Origin: an uncultured archaeon
Lineage (GTDB): Archaea; Asgardarchaeota; Thorarchaeia; Thorarchaeales; Thorarchaeaceae
Assembly (NCBI GenBank): GCA_964648855.1
Contig: CAZYLT010000001.1
Span: 300,001 to 332,000, forward strand
Direction: 5' to 3'
DNA: 32,000 nt
Part shown: piece by piece, positions 17,985 to 26,332 of the stretch
Numbering within the stretch: position 1 is the first letter of the stretch
Layout: each line of letters starts with the position of its first letter
Position numbers and translations under genes: made by a program
Notes under the pieces: generated by a model
Seen by the model: the letters and a program-made list of their open reading frames with translations, nothing else
Told to the model about the DNA's origin: nothing
The model's database searches: none

Positions 17985-18311
17985 TTATTCTATATTATCA
18001 TAGATCTTCTTTCTGTGACCGATTGCCAAGATGAGCAGGGTGTCATCGTGTAAATCTCCACACTCACCGCATCTATGCCGATTGTGTTCGACCCAACCTT
18101 CCCTCCTGCATTCTTCACAGACCGCGAAAACTATTCTATCATCCCCTGAATGCGTACTCCTCAAACCTACAAGATTTGCATGAAGGGGTGTGGAATAGGC
18201 ACCATAATCAAGCATCAAGTCACTAATCCTTGCATCAATCGCTTCTCTCCTGCTCTTGTCAAGTTTTTCCAACTGCTTCAATGCTTTGGAATGCAGCCGG
18301 ACAGAAACCAA
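17985..18311 (-). CDS. RelE/ParE-superfamily toxin with CxxC-x12-CxxC insert
   Basis: ALKQLEKLD helix, PLHANLVGLRSTHSGDDRIVF and C-terminal ILAIGHRKKIY are RelE-like. Starts 5 nt after the antitoxin stop. Confidence 0.85.
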   Translation of the reverse strand: MVSVRLHSKALKQLEKLDKSRREAIDARISDLMLDYGAYSTPLHANLVGLRSTHSGDDRIVFAVCEECRREGWVEHNRHRCGECGDLHDDTLLILAIGHRKKIYDNIE

Positions 18312-18316
18312 GGCAT

Positions 18317-18952
18317 CTATACTCCTGGATAGGGAACTGATTTGTTCTCATCTTCATCCTCCTTTGGATATATGAGGTGATGATACTCATCGACATCAAG
18401 AAGGATTTCAAGGGTCTCAAGTTCCGCTGTGGATATCTCAAACCGTCTTGTTGCTTGTTCGTCCTTTACCTTGAAAAGTATTGGAGTTAGTTTTTTCAGG
18501 TTTGCAATCTTTCGAGGACTAGTATAAAACGGGTGGGGTAGGCTGTACACAATGGTCAGAATCTCTCTGAGTGAAAGACCTCCATATTTCTCCAGAGTCT
18601 TATCGATATACTGTACTACATCATCGTTCTTTTGCCAGAGCTTATTTAACCAGTCTGCAAGCTTTCGCCCATGTGATGTGAGGATATGCTCATCAGGTAG
18701 GTACAGTCCCCAGTCATCTAGTTCTGAGAGATCACTCTCAAGCTGCCTGCTAAATGGGCCATGAATGAATTTGAAGAAATGCAGGTTGAAGCCTTTGACC
18801 CAGTCCTTGCACATTTCGAGTTCTGATAGGAAGACCAGTTTCTGAATCTTTGTGTCACCCAAATCGGAACACGGTTGAAACCTGTCTAACAGGTATAGCA
18901 AGAGGAGGCGGTCGGTAATCTCTTCTAATGGAGTTCGCTTTTTCCGGCTCAT
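18317..18952 (-). CDS. Panacea-domain (DUF4065/SocA-like) antitoxin
   Basis: TKIQKLVFLSE and FFKFIHGPFSRQL motifs are typical of DUF4065. Located directly upstream of the toxin. Confidence 0.8.
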   Translation of the reverse strand: MSRKKRTPLEEITDRLLLLYLLDRFQPCSDLGDTKIQKLVFLSELEMCKDWVKGFNLHFFKFIHGPFSRQLESDLSELDDWGLYLPDEHILTSHGRKLADWLNKLWQKNDDVVQYIDKTLEKYGGLSLREILTIVYSLPHPFYTSPRKIANLKKLTPILFKVKDEQATRRFEISTAELETLEILLDVDEYHHLIYPKEDEDENKSVPYPGV

Positions 18953-19008
18953 TTTGCACCCTCTCTTCAGTCTGTTGGCGGCGCAGTAGCGGCGCTTCAG
19001 CAGTAATA

Positions 19009-19027
19009 TGTGTTACACTGTAACACA
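19009..19027. promoter_or_regulatory. Perfect palindrome, putative operator
   Basis: TGTGTTACA-C-TGTAACACA, 57-75 bp upstream of the antitoxin ATG. Confidence 0.6.
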
Positions 19028-19151
19028 AAAACCCTTCTAGTATCGCAATGTGCGCTCTTTTTGCATGAATCGTTGGTAAATACCACGTGGTGCTAAAATA
19101 GCACCGTCCTGACAGCCTTCTGACAGCGCCACTGGATAGTAGGCATGCAAG

Positions 19152-19298
19152 ATGAATATGAAGAAGTTGGAACGGATAGCACGACAGGCACGGACCGATG
19201 CACTGAATGCACTACAGGAGCTGGTCCTGCAGTTCCTGTCAGAGGGGAGGGACCTGGACGCGTTTGGAACGCTTCGTTTTTGTATTGAAAACATATGA
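19152..19298 (+). CDS. Possible 48-aa helical protein (not in the ORF track)
   Basis: Translates as MNMKKLERIARQARTDALNALQELVLQFLSEGRDLDAFGTLRFCIENI*, with amphipathic helices. No clear SD. Confidence 0.3.
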   Translation: MNMKKLERIARQARTDALNALQELVLQFLSEGRDLDAFGTLRFCIENI

Positions 19299-19304
19299 GT
19301 TCAT

Positions 19305-19336
19305 AAAATGGAAAATAGGGGGTAAAAGCCCCCATA
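19305..19336 (-). terminator. Hairpin plus U-tract terminator of the 22658-19343 operon
   Basis: Minus strand GGGGG-CTTTTA-CCCCC-TATTTTCCATTTT just after the stop at 19343. Confidence 0.55.
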
Positions 19337-19342
19337 AACTAT

Positions 19343-20110
19343 TCATGATAGCGTGGCGTCCACGCCACCCAAAGTGGCACTTGCAGATATGGTCAGTGTC
19401 TTTGATGCAGCGTTATAATCAAGTGTTTCGTAGGTATTAGTACCAACCTCGTTCCAGCCATTTGCAGTGATATCCACTCCACCTAGCGTGGTACTGGCAG
19501 TGAATCTGCCCCCAACGGAGATGGGTAGATCGATATTTAGCTGAATGCTACCGGTTGTGCTTTCAGTAGCAAAATTGACGTCATAACCATAAAGACTGGC
19601 ACCATCGCTCAGGGTCAAATCGATGCCGCCAGTAGTTGCGGCTATGTCAATATCTCCGATGTGGGCGTTCTCGTTGATAATGACTCGACAACCCCCTGTT
19701 GCAACATTCAAATCGAGTGTATAGTTTGACCCACTGCCTAAAGTCACATTCACAGCTGCAACATGATAATCAAGGCTAACAACACCAGAAGCATACTCAA
19801 CTGTAGGCGAGCCATGTTGTTGGATTGTTCTATTGGGAACTTCCAAATCAATTCTGTAGAGGAGCGTGCTATCGTCCACAAAGACTACTCTAACAGCCCC
19901 AGCATCAATTGATATGTTCACTGTCGTGACTTCCGGCATTGTGGTAGGCTCACACTCAAATGAGAATTCAGTGGTTTCCTGCCAATTGGTACCAGTCCAG
20001 TTCCAGGTAGTTGTACCTAACCATGCTAAGGCACCGACTGCAATTGCACCGAGAAATATGACTGCTACGATGCAAGCAACCATCGTGTTGTTTCTTTCGT
20101 AATTACTCAT
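19343..20110 (-). CDS. Membrane-anchored beta-strand-repeat protein (DUF4097/LiaG-like)
   Basis: N-terminal TM helix, then repeated xTGG(I/V)x(I/L) units (ATGGCRV, TTGGIDL, TTGSIQL, TLGGVDI, TLGGVDA). Confidence 0.75.
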   Translation of the reverse strand: MSNYERNNTMVACIVAVIFLGAIAVGALAWLGTTTWNWTGTNWQETTEFSFECEPTTMPEVTTVNISIDAGAVRVVFVDDSTLLYRIDLEVPNRTIQQHGSPTVEYASGVVSLDYHVAAVNVTLGSGSNYTLDLNVATGGCRVIINENAHIGDIDIAATTGGIDLTLSDGASLYGYDVNFATESTTGSIQLNIDLPISVGGRFTASTTLGGVDITANGWNEVGTNTYETLDYNAASKTLTISASATLGGVDATLS

Positions 20111-20747
20111 TGTCTATATTATTCCTTTCAAATTTCTTGAGAAAACTATTCCATTGCTCTCGGTGTTTGTGATATGTCGAATCTTTTTCCAACGCGAACT
20201 TCCGCATGATTCGCGATGCGTCATTTCTGACGGAGGGGGACAGTTGTCGATACAGCTCTTCATCATAGATAGGCAAAGTAGAACTAACTTCGTTCTCTGT
20301 CTCAATCATTTGTCTTAGCAATTCCATTGCCTCTTGCTTTTGTGAATCAGGAATATCTATCCCATATACCTTCAAGGCGGATACTGTTGACTCAAGCCGG
20401 TCCTTTGCGAATTGGGCAACGCCACCGTTTGTCTGCATCATGCCGGATATTCCAAGGCGGTACTCTCTTGCAGATGTACGATAGAATCGCTGGGTGATAC
20501 CAGTTGGGGTTTGCTCTGTGCGTTCTTGAAGTACTAAACCCGCCTTCTTCAGCTTGTCAATATGATGTAGGATGGTCCCAGGATTCTTGTCTAAAGCATC
20601 AGCCAGTTGCTTTACCGTCATTGGGGCATTTGACAGATACTTGAAGACAATGGCTGCCCTTGTCGGTTCAAAGAGTGTCTTGATTGTTTTGGGATCAGAA
20701 ATCACCTCAAGGTCAGACATAGGTGGTACCTGTTCTTCGTTTGTCAT
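20103..20747 (-). CDS. ArsR-family winged-helix transcriptional regulator
   Basis: KTLFEPTRAAIV...PMTVKQLADALDKNPGTILHHIDKLKKAGLV followed by a wing and FYR. Confidence 0.9.
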   Translation of the reverse strand: MTNEEQVPPMSDLEVISDPKTIKTLFEPTRAAIVFKYLSNAPMTVKQLADALDKNPGTILHHIDKLKKAGLVLQERTEQTPTGITQRFYRTSAREYRLGISGMMQTNGGVAQFAKDRLESTVSALKVYGIDIPDSQKQEAMELLRQMIETENEVSSTLPIYDEELYRQLSPSVRNDASRIMRKFALEKDSTYHKHREQWNSFLKKFERNNIDNE

Positions 20748-20750
20748 CTT

Positions 20751-21677
20751 CTATACATCCCCCACAAGCTGAATGTCAGGTTGTGTTTCATGATGCTCCG
20801 TACCATCCACTCCACTTAACACCATATAGATGCGGCTAAGAGCTATCACAGCGGCGGGAAAATGAATGAAAATGAGGAATGATACAACTGCCACACCATA
20901 GAGGCCTAGTACACTAACTGCAAAGATTCCCATACCTATAACATATGGTGTAAGTGTTAGTGGCAATGTTACTAGGATTGGAATTCCAATTAGAGATATC
21001 CACACAGAGAACACTCTATCGAAATACTTGGTGCTCATTCTCAACGATACCCGTAGAGCCTCCAGAACGGAGTGACCATCGATAATAGCAGGGAACACCA
21101 TTGACAGGAGCCCCATGACCACTGTCAAATAAATGGCACCGCCCGCCGAGAACGCAGGTATTGCAGTGCTTGCAGGGGGCATAAAGACAATTGGTCCGGC
21201 AAAGATGAAAACCAACCCTACTGGAAGAATCGCCAATACGAACATTATAATGCCACCTCCAGCGAGTTGAAGGAATTTGCTCTTATACCAAGCGAAGACC
21301 CCCTGTGCTGTTGTTCCCTCACTTTCTACGATTTCTCTTCCCATGCCGAAGAGAGCACCTACAGCCACTAACATTGGGGCAGCAATTGGTAGGAGAAATA
21401 CTGCAAGAATCCCGAAGAGGGCGGCACCACTTATACTTGAGAAATCTGCTGCCAGAATTGTGAATAGCACCACCAGATTGTCAAAGCCAATCGCCAGAAT
21501 GAACAGTGGGGCAACTATAGCGAACAAGACACCCATAAGAAGCACTGTAACGATGATGACACCTAGCGTTCCAAGGATGAAAGATATGACATTCTTGATA
21601 GCAAATCTATAGCTTATTTTCCAATCTTGGAGTAGGATTTTGAAGCTTGATCGTTTCTCAGACATTTTAATGGCCAC
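20751..21677 (-). CDS. Polytopic membrane protein, paralog of 21741..22658
   Basis: About 6 hydrophobic segments and motifs shared with the neighbouring gene. The start may be the second Met at 21665. Confidence 0.8.
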   Translation of the reverse strand: MAIKMSEKRSSFKILLQDWKISYRFAIKNVISFILGTLGVIIVTVLLMGVLFAIVAPLFILAIGFDNLVVLFTILAADFSSISGAALFGILAVFLLPIAAPMLVAVGALFGMGREIVESEGTTAQGVFAWYKSKFLQLAGGGIIMFVLAILPVGLVFIFAGPIVFMPPASTAIPAFSAGGAIYLTVVMGLLSMVFPAIIDGHSVLEALRVSLRMSTKYFDRVFSVWISLIGIPILVTLPLTLTPYVIGMGIFAVSVLGLYGVAVVSFLIFIHFPAAVIALSRIYMVLSGVDGTEHHETQPDIQLVGDV

Positions 21678-21740
21678 CTGGAGAGAGTTTGAGTGCCCAC
21701 AGGGATATGACTCATGCAGGCACTCGTTTTAGCTCATATA

Positions 21741-22658
21741 TCACATCATCGGTACTTCGGGCACGGTCGGTTCGTAGACCTGTCTGCCAGTGAGTTCATG
21801 ATACACTCTGACCATCGAGATAATTGCCATGGGCAGGAAGAGGAGAAGGGTGAGAATACCTGCAACAAATGCCCATACCCCAATGAACACAGCAGCTGGA
21901 GGGAGCATCATGGCGGGACTGGCACCAATCAGCAGACCGCCAATAGTGACCGGAGAATAGACAAGCACGAAAAAGGTAATCAGACCGCTTAATAATCCGA
22001 ATACACGCTCAAAATTCCTCTTGGCAAGATTGAATGACTCCTTGAATGCGTCTTGTACATTCTGCCCGTTTACAACGCTGGGAATGACCATGAGGCAGAA
22101 TCCAACTGTGATGAAGGAGTACACGAAGCTAAAGACTGAGAGAGCTATCGAAGCCAGTCCCGTCACTTGAAAGCCCATTGACCATGACGCTAGACCATAT
22201 ACAATGGCCTGAGGAAGGATAATAATCAGCGTAAGAATAACACCAGTTCCCGCAAAAGTGAGAAACTTACGTCTGAACCAAGAAAAGGCAGATTCGGCCT
22301 TGGTTTCACCGGTCTCAACGACCTCTTTACTCATTCCAAAGATAGATCCAATTACGACGAATGCCGCCGCGGCGAAAGGTACGAGTATCAATAAACCCAG
22401 ACCACCAATGGCAAATACCGCGCCAGGATTATGTGGCATAGTATCAGCCATCCACTGCGCCCACTCAGTCCAAGTCGCTGGACCAGCGAGCAGAGCAACA
22501 GTGACAATTGGGATTGCAATAACCATCACAATCAGGACGAGAGCTACTGCCATTCCCAGGTTGGCTAAGAAATACGAAAGCATGTTATTCTTTGCCATCA
22601 CTAGACTTGACTTCATGTCCTCATAGATTGTTCCGAAGAATGTTGTTTGATTCGACAT
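21741..22658 (-). CDS. Polytopic membrane protein, paralog of 20751..21677
   Basis: About 6 hydrophobic segments. GSIFGMSKEVVETG...FSWFRRKF aligns with GALFGMGREIVESE...FAWYKSKF in the neighbour. Confidence 0.8.
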   Translation of the reverse strand: MSNQTTFFGTIYEDMKSSLVMAKNNMLSYFLANLGMAVALVLIVMVIAIPIVTVALLAGPATWTEWAQWMADTMPHNPGAVFAIGGLGLLILVPFAAAAFVVIGSIFGMSKEVVETGETKAESAFSWFRRKFLTFAGTGVILTLIIILPQAIVYGLASWSMGFQVTGLASIALSVFSFVYSFITVGFCLMVIPSVVNGQNVQDAFKESFNLAKRNFERVFGLLSGLITFFVLVYSPVTIGGLLIGASPAMMLPPAAVFIGVWAFVAGILTLLLFLPMAIISMVRVYHELTGRQVYEPTVPEVPMM

Positions 22659-22672
22659 TATTATACACCGTA

Positions 22673-22756
22673 ATGTTTGTCAATCGTTGAATCGTTTGAC
22701 TTATACCAAACTAAGGCCCGATTATTTATAAGTATTTTGATGTTTGTCAAACGTTG
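22673..22756 (-). promoter_or_regulatory. TATA box flanked by two 17-bp direct repeats (putative operators)
   Basis: ATGTTTGTCAAWCGTTG occurs at 22673-22689 and 22740-22756 (16/17 identical). Minus-strand CAAAATAC-TTATAAAT lies between them. Imperfect palindrome GTCAA-N12-TTGAC at 22679-22700. Confidence 0.6.
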
Positions 22757-22945
22757 GTTTGTTGCTGCCAAATAAGGACGGTGGTCTATGGTAAAGGTGT
22801 TGGCCAGAACAGCCAGTGGTGAACCAAATCAAATGTCGAGGGAGGTCGACAGACAATAGGAACCACGGGACATTCCGACCAATTGCATATTCATATCTAG
22901 GGAACATAAACTCGTAAAAACTCATACAAAATCTATGACTCGAGT

Positions 22946-22960
22946 TGACATATTTAATAA
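22946..22960 (+). promoter_or_regulatory. Possible TATA box for the ATPase gene
   Basis: TTTAATAA about 42-49 bp upstream of ATG 23002. Confidence 0.35.
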
Positions 22961-23001
22961 GGCAGACCAGTACGACAAAGAGCTATTGAGGGAACGAACG
23001 T

Positions 23002-24612
23002 ATGGATGAAGAAGCGACTGAACATCAAGAAACCGAATTCGATGCTGAGATGTACTTGGAGATTCTCAGGGACAATCCGCCAATGAAGCGGTACGTATCC
23101 CGTGGAGACATCCCAGATTCAGTGGATGTCGAGGGCCCTCATGAAGATGCGGACCGAGCTATATTCAGAGCACTGCGGTTTGTGATGAATGATGGAACTC
23201 CTAGATTTCAGCCGGTACTGGGCTCTGCAGGACTTGGCAAGACTCACTTGTATTGGGCCTTGAAGGACAGAGAGAATGAATTGGACCAAGTCTCATACCT
23301 TGCGGTATATGTTCCTTCGCCACCTGCACCAGTTCGAGTGCCTCTTCACTTCCATGCATGTCTAGTAGATGAAGCAGGGGAAGAAATCTTTGAGAGCGCT
23401 ATCGACATGCTGATGACAAAAATGCGCGATATCAAGGGAGAGCCCACTGAGGTCTATGACTATGACTTGGCACTGAATCGCCTGTTGGTCGATTACCCCG
23501 GGATATCTGCAGATGTTGTTAAAGCCCTTCTCAGATACAGATTGGATCCCGGCAACAAGGACGTGGCTAGAAGATGGCTTCTTGGTGATGCACTTGATGA
23601 CGAAGAAATGGAAAGGCTTGATGTGCGAACCATCCTAGAGGATGATGATGTTACTATGGCCACCCTGAAGCTTTTGTTTGAGGGCGCCGACCTGCCAATT
23701 CTCTTGTTCATCGACGAAATGGAGGGCCCCTACAACACACATGGAGAAGACGGAGAACGTCACTTTCTAGAGATAATCAAGAGGATCTACAATGAGGGAA
23801 AAAACGTTGCTATTGTGGCTTCGTGTCTAACTGACATCTGGGACCGCATCTACGAGATAGCAGATGAACCTACAAGGACAAGAATGGAAGAACCAGTACA
23901 TCTGAGGAAATTTGAGAAGGAAGATATTGAGCGGTTCATCATAGAGTCGATGAATCAGTATTGGAGTGAGCAGAATATCGCAACCCCGCCCAATCCCACC
24001 TACCCGTTAGGCAAGAAGCATATTGAGGAGGCATTTGAGGTTTCAGATGGCAATCCGAGAGAAGCTCTACGGCATCTTATTCCATTGATTGATTCAATCC
24101 TCTTCGGCACAGAACCAGAACCTGTTGAGCCTCAAGCAGATTATGTGATCAAACTAACTGCACCCGTAGTTATCAATTCAATCGCTACCGGGCTACAGCA
24201 AGTTGGAGAACAGGAGGGTATAGAGGTTAGTCTCATGGTCGCCAAAGGTGTTGCTGATCGCCAAGCTACAGCAATTCTTCAGGCCAAAAAGGGAGACACG
24301 ACGAAACGAATCGCTATAGATGTTGCAAATGTGAAAGATTGGAATCGAAGCGGTGGAGTAGCGGCCTATTACTCAGTGAAACGGCTCAAAGAGATAATGG
24401 ATCAGGACGAGGCGGATTTTGCCATTGTTGCAGTGCCTGAGGAGACTGGTGGTACGAAATTTCAGGCAATAAGCGATGACTTGGGAGACAAGTTAACTAG
24501 TTTGAAACTGACTGAAGATTCAGCTAGGTCCTTGGTCAGCAGTACAACTGAGGATAAGCTTGATGCATTTCAATCACAGGTCTTCAAGGACATCCTAACA
24601 AAGCTGTTTTAG
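23002..24612 (+). CDS. AAA+-type P-loop ATPase with C-terminal alpha/beta domain
   Basis: Walker A VLGSAGLGKTH, Walker B LLFIDEME, Arg-finger-like RTRM and sensor-2-like GNPREAL. Confidence 0.85.
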   Translation: MDEEATEHQETEFDAEMYLEILRDNPPMKRYVSRGDIPDSVDVEGPHEDADRAIFRALRFVMNDGTPRFQPVLGSAGLGKTHLYWALKDRENELDQVSYLAVYVPSPPAPVRVPLHFHACLVDEAGEEIFESAIDMLMTKMRDIKGEPTEVYDYDLALNRLLVDYPGISADVVKALLRYRLDPGNKDVARRWLLGDALDDEEMERLDVRTILEDDDVTMATLKLLFEGADLPILLFIDEMEGPYNTHGEDGERHFLEIIKRIYNEGKNVAIVASCLTDIWDRIYEIADEPTRTRMEEPVHLRKFEKEDIERFIIESMNQYWSEQNIATPPNPTYPLGKKHIEEAFEVSDGNPREALRHLIPLIDSILFGTEPEPVEPQADYVIKLTAPVVINSIATGLQQVGEQEGIEVSLMVAKGVADRQATAILQAKKGDTTKRIAIDVANVKDWNRSGGVAAYYSVKRLKEIMDQDEADFAIVAVPEETGGTKFQAISDDLGDKLTSLKLTEDSARSLVSSTTEDKLDAFQSQVFKDILTKLF

Positions 24613-25280
24613 GGCCGCCCAAGACTCTGTATCAGATTTTGATACTCCGAAGAAGACATTGAGTTTACAGCCCGCTGGAGGTTCTCTGTGACATGCGTGG
24701 GTATACGTATGTCCTGCCATATGTTGTGCCGTTTGAACTCTGCTACATCCAGACTCTTGCAGAATCCACCTACAACATTCGTTAAGTCGGATTGGATACT
24801 ATTCGCTTTCTTACGGTATGCAAAAGGAACAATGAGGCTGGGGGCAGCTGGAATCAAAAATAGAGCTGCAAAACTAAGAGTCGCAATTGGCATCCATTGC
24901 AAAAGGAAATCGATAGAGTCAACATGCATCGTGTGGATTCCAAACGCGTGTAGTACAGCGGCAACATATGACCCAATCCATAAGAGAATGGAACCGAGAG
25001 ATATGAAGAGGAAAGGCAGTCCGAGTAGTAGAAGTGTCCCAATTATTTTTCTTTTGGATAAATAAGGCAAGATAGCGCCTCCGATGAAACCTCCGTCTTC
25101 GCCACCATCAACTTTTTGAAAGGATATTATGCAATCATCCCTCTCCAGGAATAGCGAATTCTCATCAGCACATGACGTCGCATCCTGAAATCCTCTCTCT
25201 AAGAAGTTATGAGAGAGTTTGTCCAGTGTAGGGAGGGGTTCACCCTGAATGAGGAAAAGAAATCCCTGATCAGAGTCCAT
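24609..25280 (-). CDS. Hypothetical membrane protein (2 TM helices)
   Basis: Two long hydrophobic segments. The ORF-track start is 25337, but the internal Met at 25280 is a plausible start. The stop overlaps the ATPase stop by 4 nt. Confidence 0.6.
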   Translation of the reverse strand: MDSDQGFLFLIQGEPLPTLDKLSHNFLERGFQDATSCADENSLFLERDDCIISFQKVDGGEDGGFIGGAILPYLSKRKIIGTLLLLGLPFLFISLGSILLWIGSYVAAVLHAFGIHTMHVDSIDFLLQWMPIATLSFAALFLIPAAPSLIVPFAYRKKANSIQSDLTNVVGGFCKSLDVAEFKRHNIWQDIRIPTHVTENLQRAVNSMSSSEYQNLIQSLGRP

Positions 25281-25525
25281 TGGTTTCAAGTACCACAGCC
25301 TACACATGGTCCTCGAAATATTTTCACAGCCATCCAACTTAAATTAACGGGGTGTCTATCAAGTTGTCTCTATTTTTGCTTTTTCGTGAATTTTGATAGG
25401 AACAGATGCCAGTCCTTTAATATGCTGCCTTAGCAATGTTTATGGGAAGATTTGTGTGACCAAAATACTTGATAGGCATCTGGGCGTCGGGTCCGATGAA
25501 TCGTTAATAAGAGTGGAGCATTACG

Positions 25526-26020
25526 ATGAGTTCAACAGAAGAGGAATCAGCATTAATTGAAGAACTGAAACAAGTCCTAAGTGAACAGTGTCTGAAGGAA
25601 ACACAGGTGACCCGCAGACGGCGGGTTTACATTCAAGTCGGAAGAAACTGTCTCATCGATACTGCCACACTACTGCATAGTAAGGGCTTCACACATCTAT
25701 CAACGATAACTGGATTAGAGGTCGGTGATGAAGTGGAACTGATATACCACCTCATGAGAAACGGACTCCAAATCGGTCTTCGGACAAAGCTCCCGTTGGA
25801 TGACCTTGTTGTTCCTACTATGACTGAACTCATTCCCGGTGCATCATTATATGAACGTGAGATACATGACATCTTGGGCGTACGATTTGAAGGGCATCCC
25901 AACCTCTCTAGGCTTATACTCCCAGATATGTGGGACCAGAAGCTTCCACCTCTTAGGAAGAAGCAGTCGGACACCAAAGAACCAATTGATGTGACTCCAA
26001 GGAAGAAAGGGTCAAAATGA
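25526..26020 (+). CDS. Complex I 30-kDa (NuoC-like) subunit of a membrane-bound oxidoreductase/hydrogenase
   Basis: HLSTITG...ELIYH and ASLYEREIHDILGVRFEGHPNLSRLILP...PPLRK. Confidence 0.92.
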   Translation: MSSTEEESALIEELKQVLSEQCLKETQVTRRRRVYIQVGRNCLIDTATLLHSKGFTHLSTITGLEVGDEVELIYHLMRNGLQIGLRTKLPLDDLVVPTMTELIPGASLYEREIHDILGVRFEGHPNLSRLILPDMWDQKLPPLRKKQSDTKEPIDVTPRKKGSK

Positions 26021-26332
26021 TGAGTTTCGTCGAGCATTTGTCGAGAGCTCTTCGGTGGAATGATACTTCTGATGGCCCCCTTTGGAGACTAATATCGCAG
26101 TGCGGTCTATAACGGCAGCAGTCTTCTATCATGTAGCATGCTGTCGTGGACATTACGAATATCTTCACCATCACGCCTTCGCCTAATCACACCATAAACT
26201 TGGTCTGATTTCGAGTGGTGTATGTGAAGTCCGAACGTCAAGAATAATAGGGACATGAAGAATTGAGATGGTGAAAAGGAATCCGCGGTTTATCGGTGCG
26301 GGTCTCAATCAATAGGTCAGGTGAATGATTGA

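Noticed and set aside
17904-19340. CCCCATAA at both ends of the TA region as a possible target-site duplication
   Set aside because: Only 8 bp match, the right copy is part of a terminator hairpin, and no integrase or transposase is nearby.
19037-19440. ORF-track ORFs of 77-85 aa upstream of the antitoxin
   Set aside because: They overlap each other, have atypical composition, and lack an SD or recognisable motif.
22722-22925. 67-aa minus-strand ORF in the divergent intergenic region
   Set aside because: It runs across the promoter/operator elements and has no protein-like features.
26017-26062. ATGATGA ... CTGA as a possible C/D box sRNA
   Set aside because: There are no properly spaced D'/C' boxes, and the C-box match coincides with a stop/start overlap.
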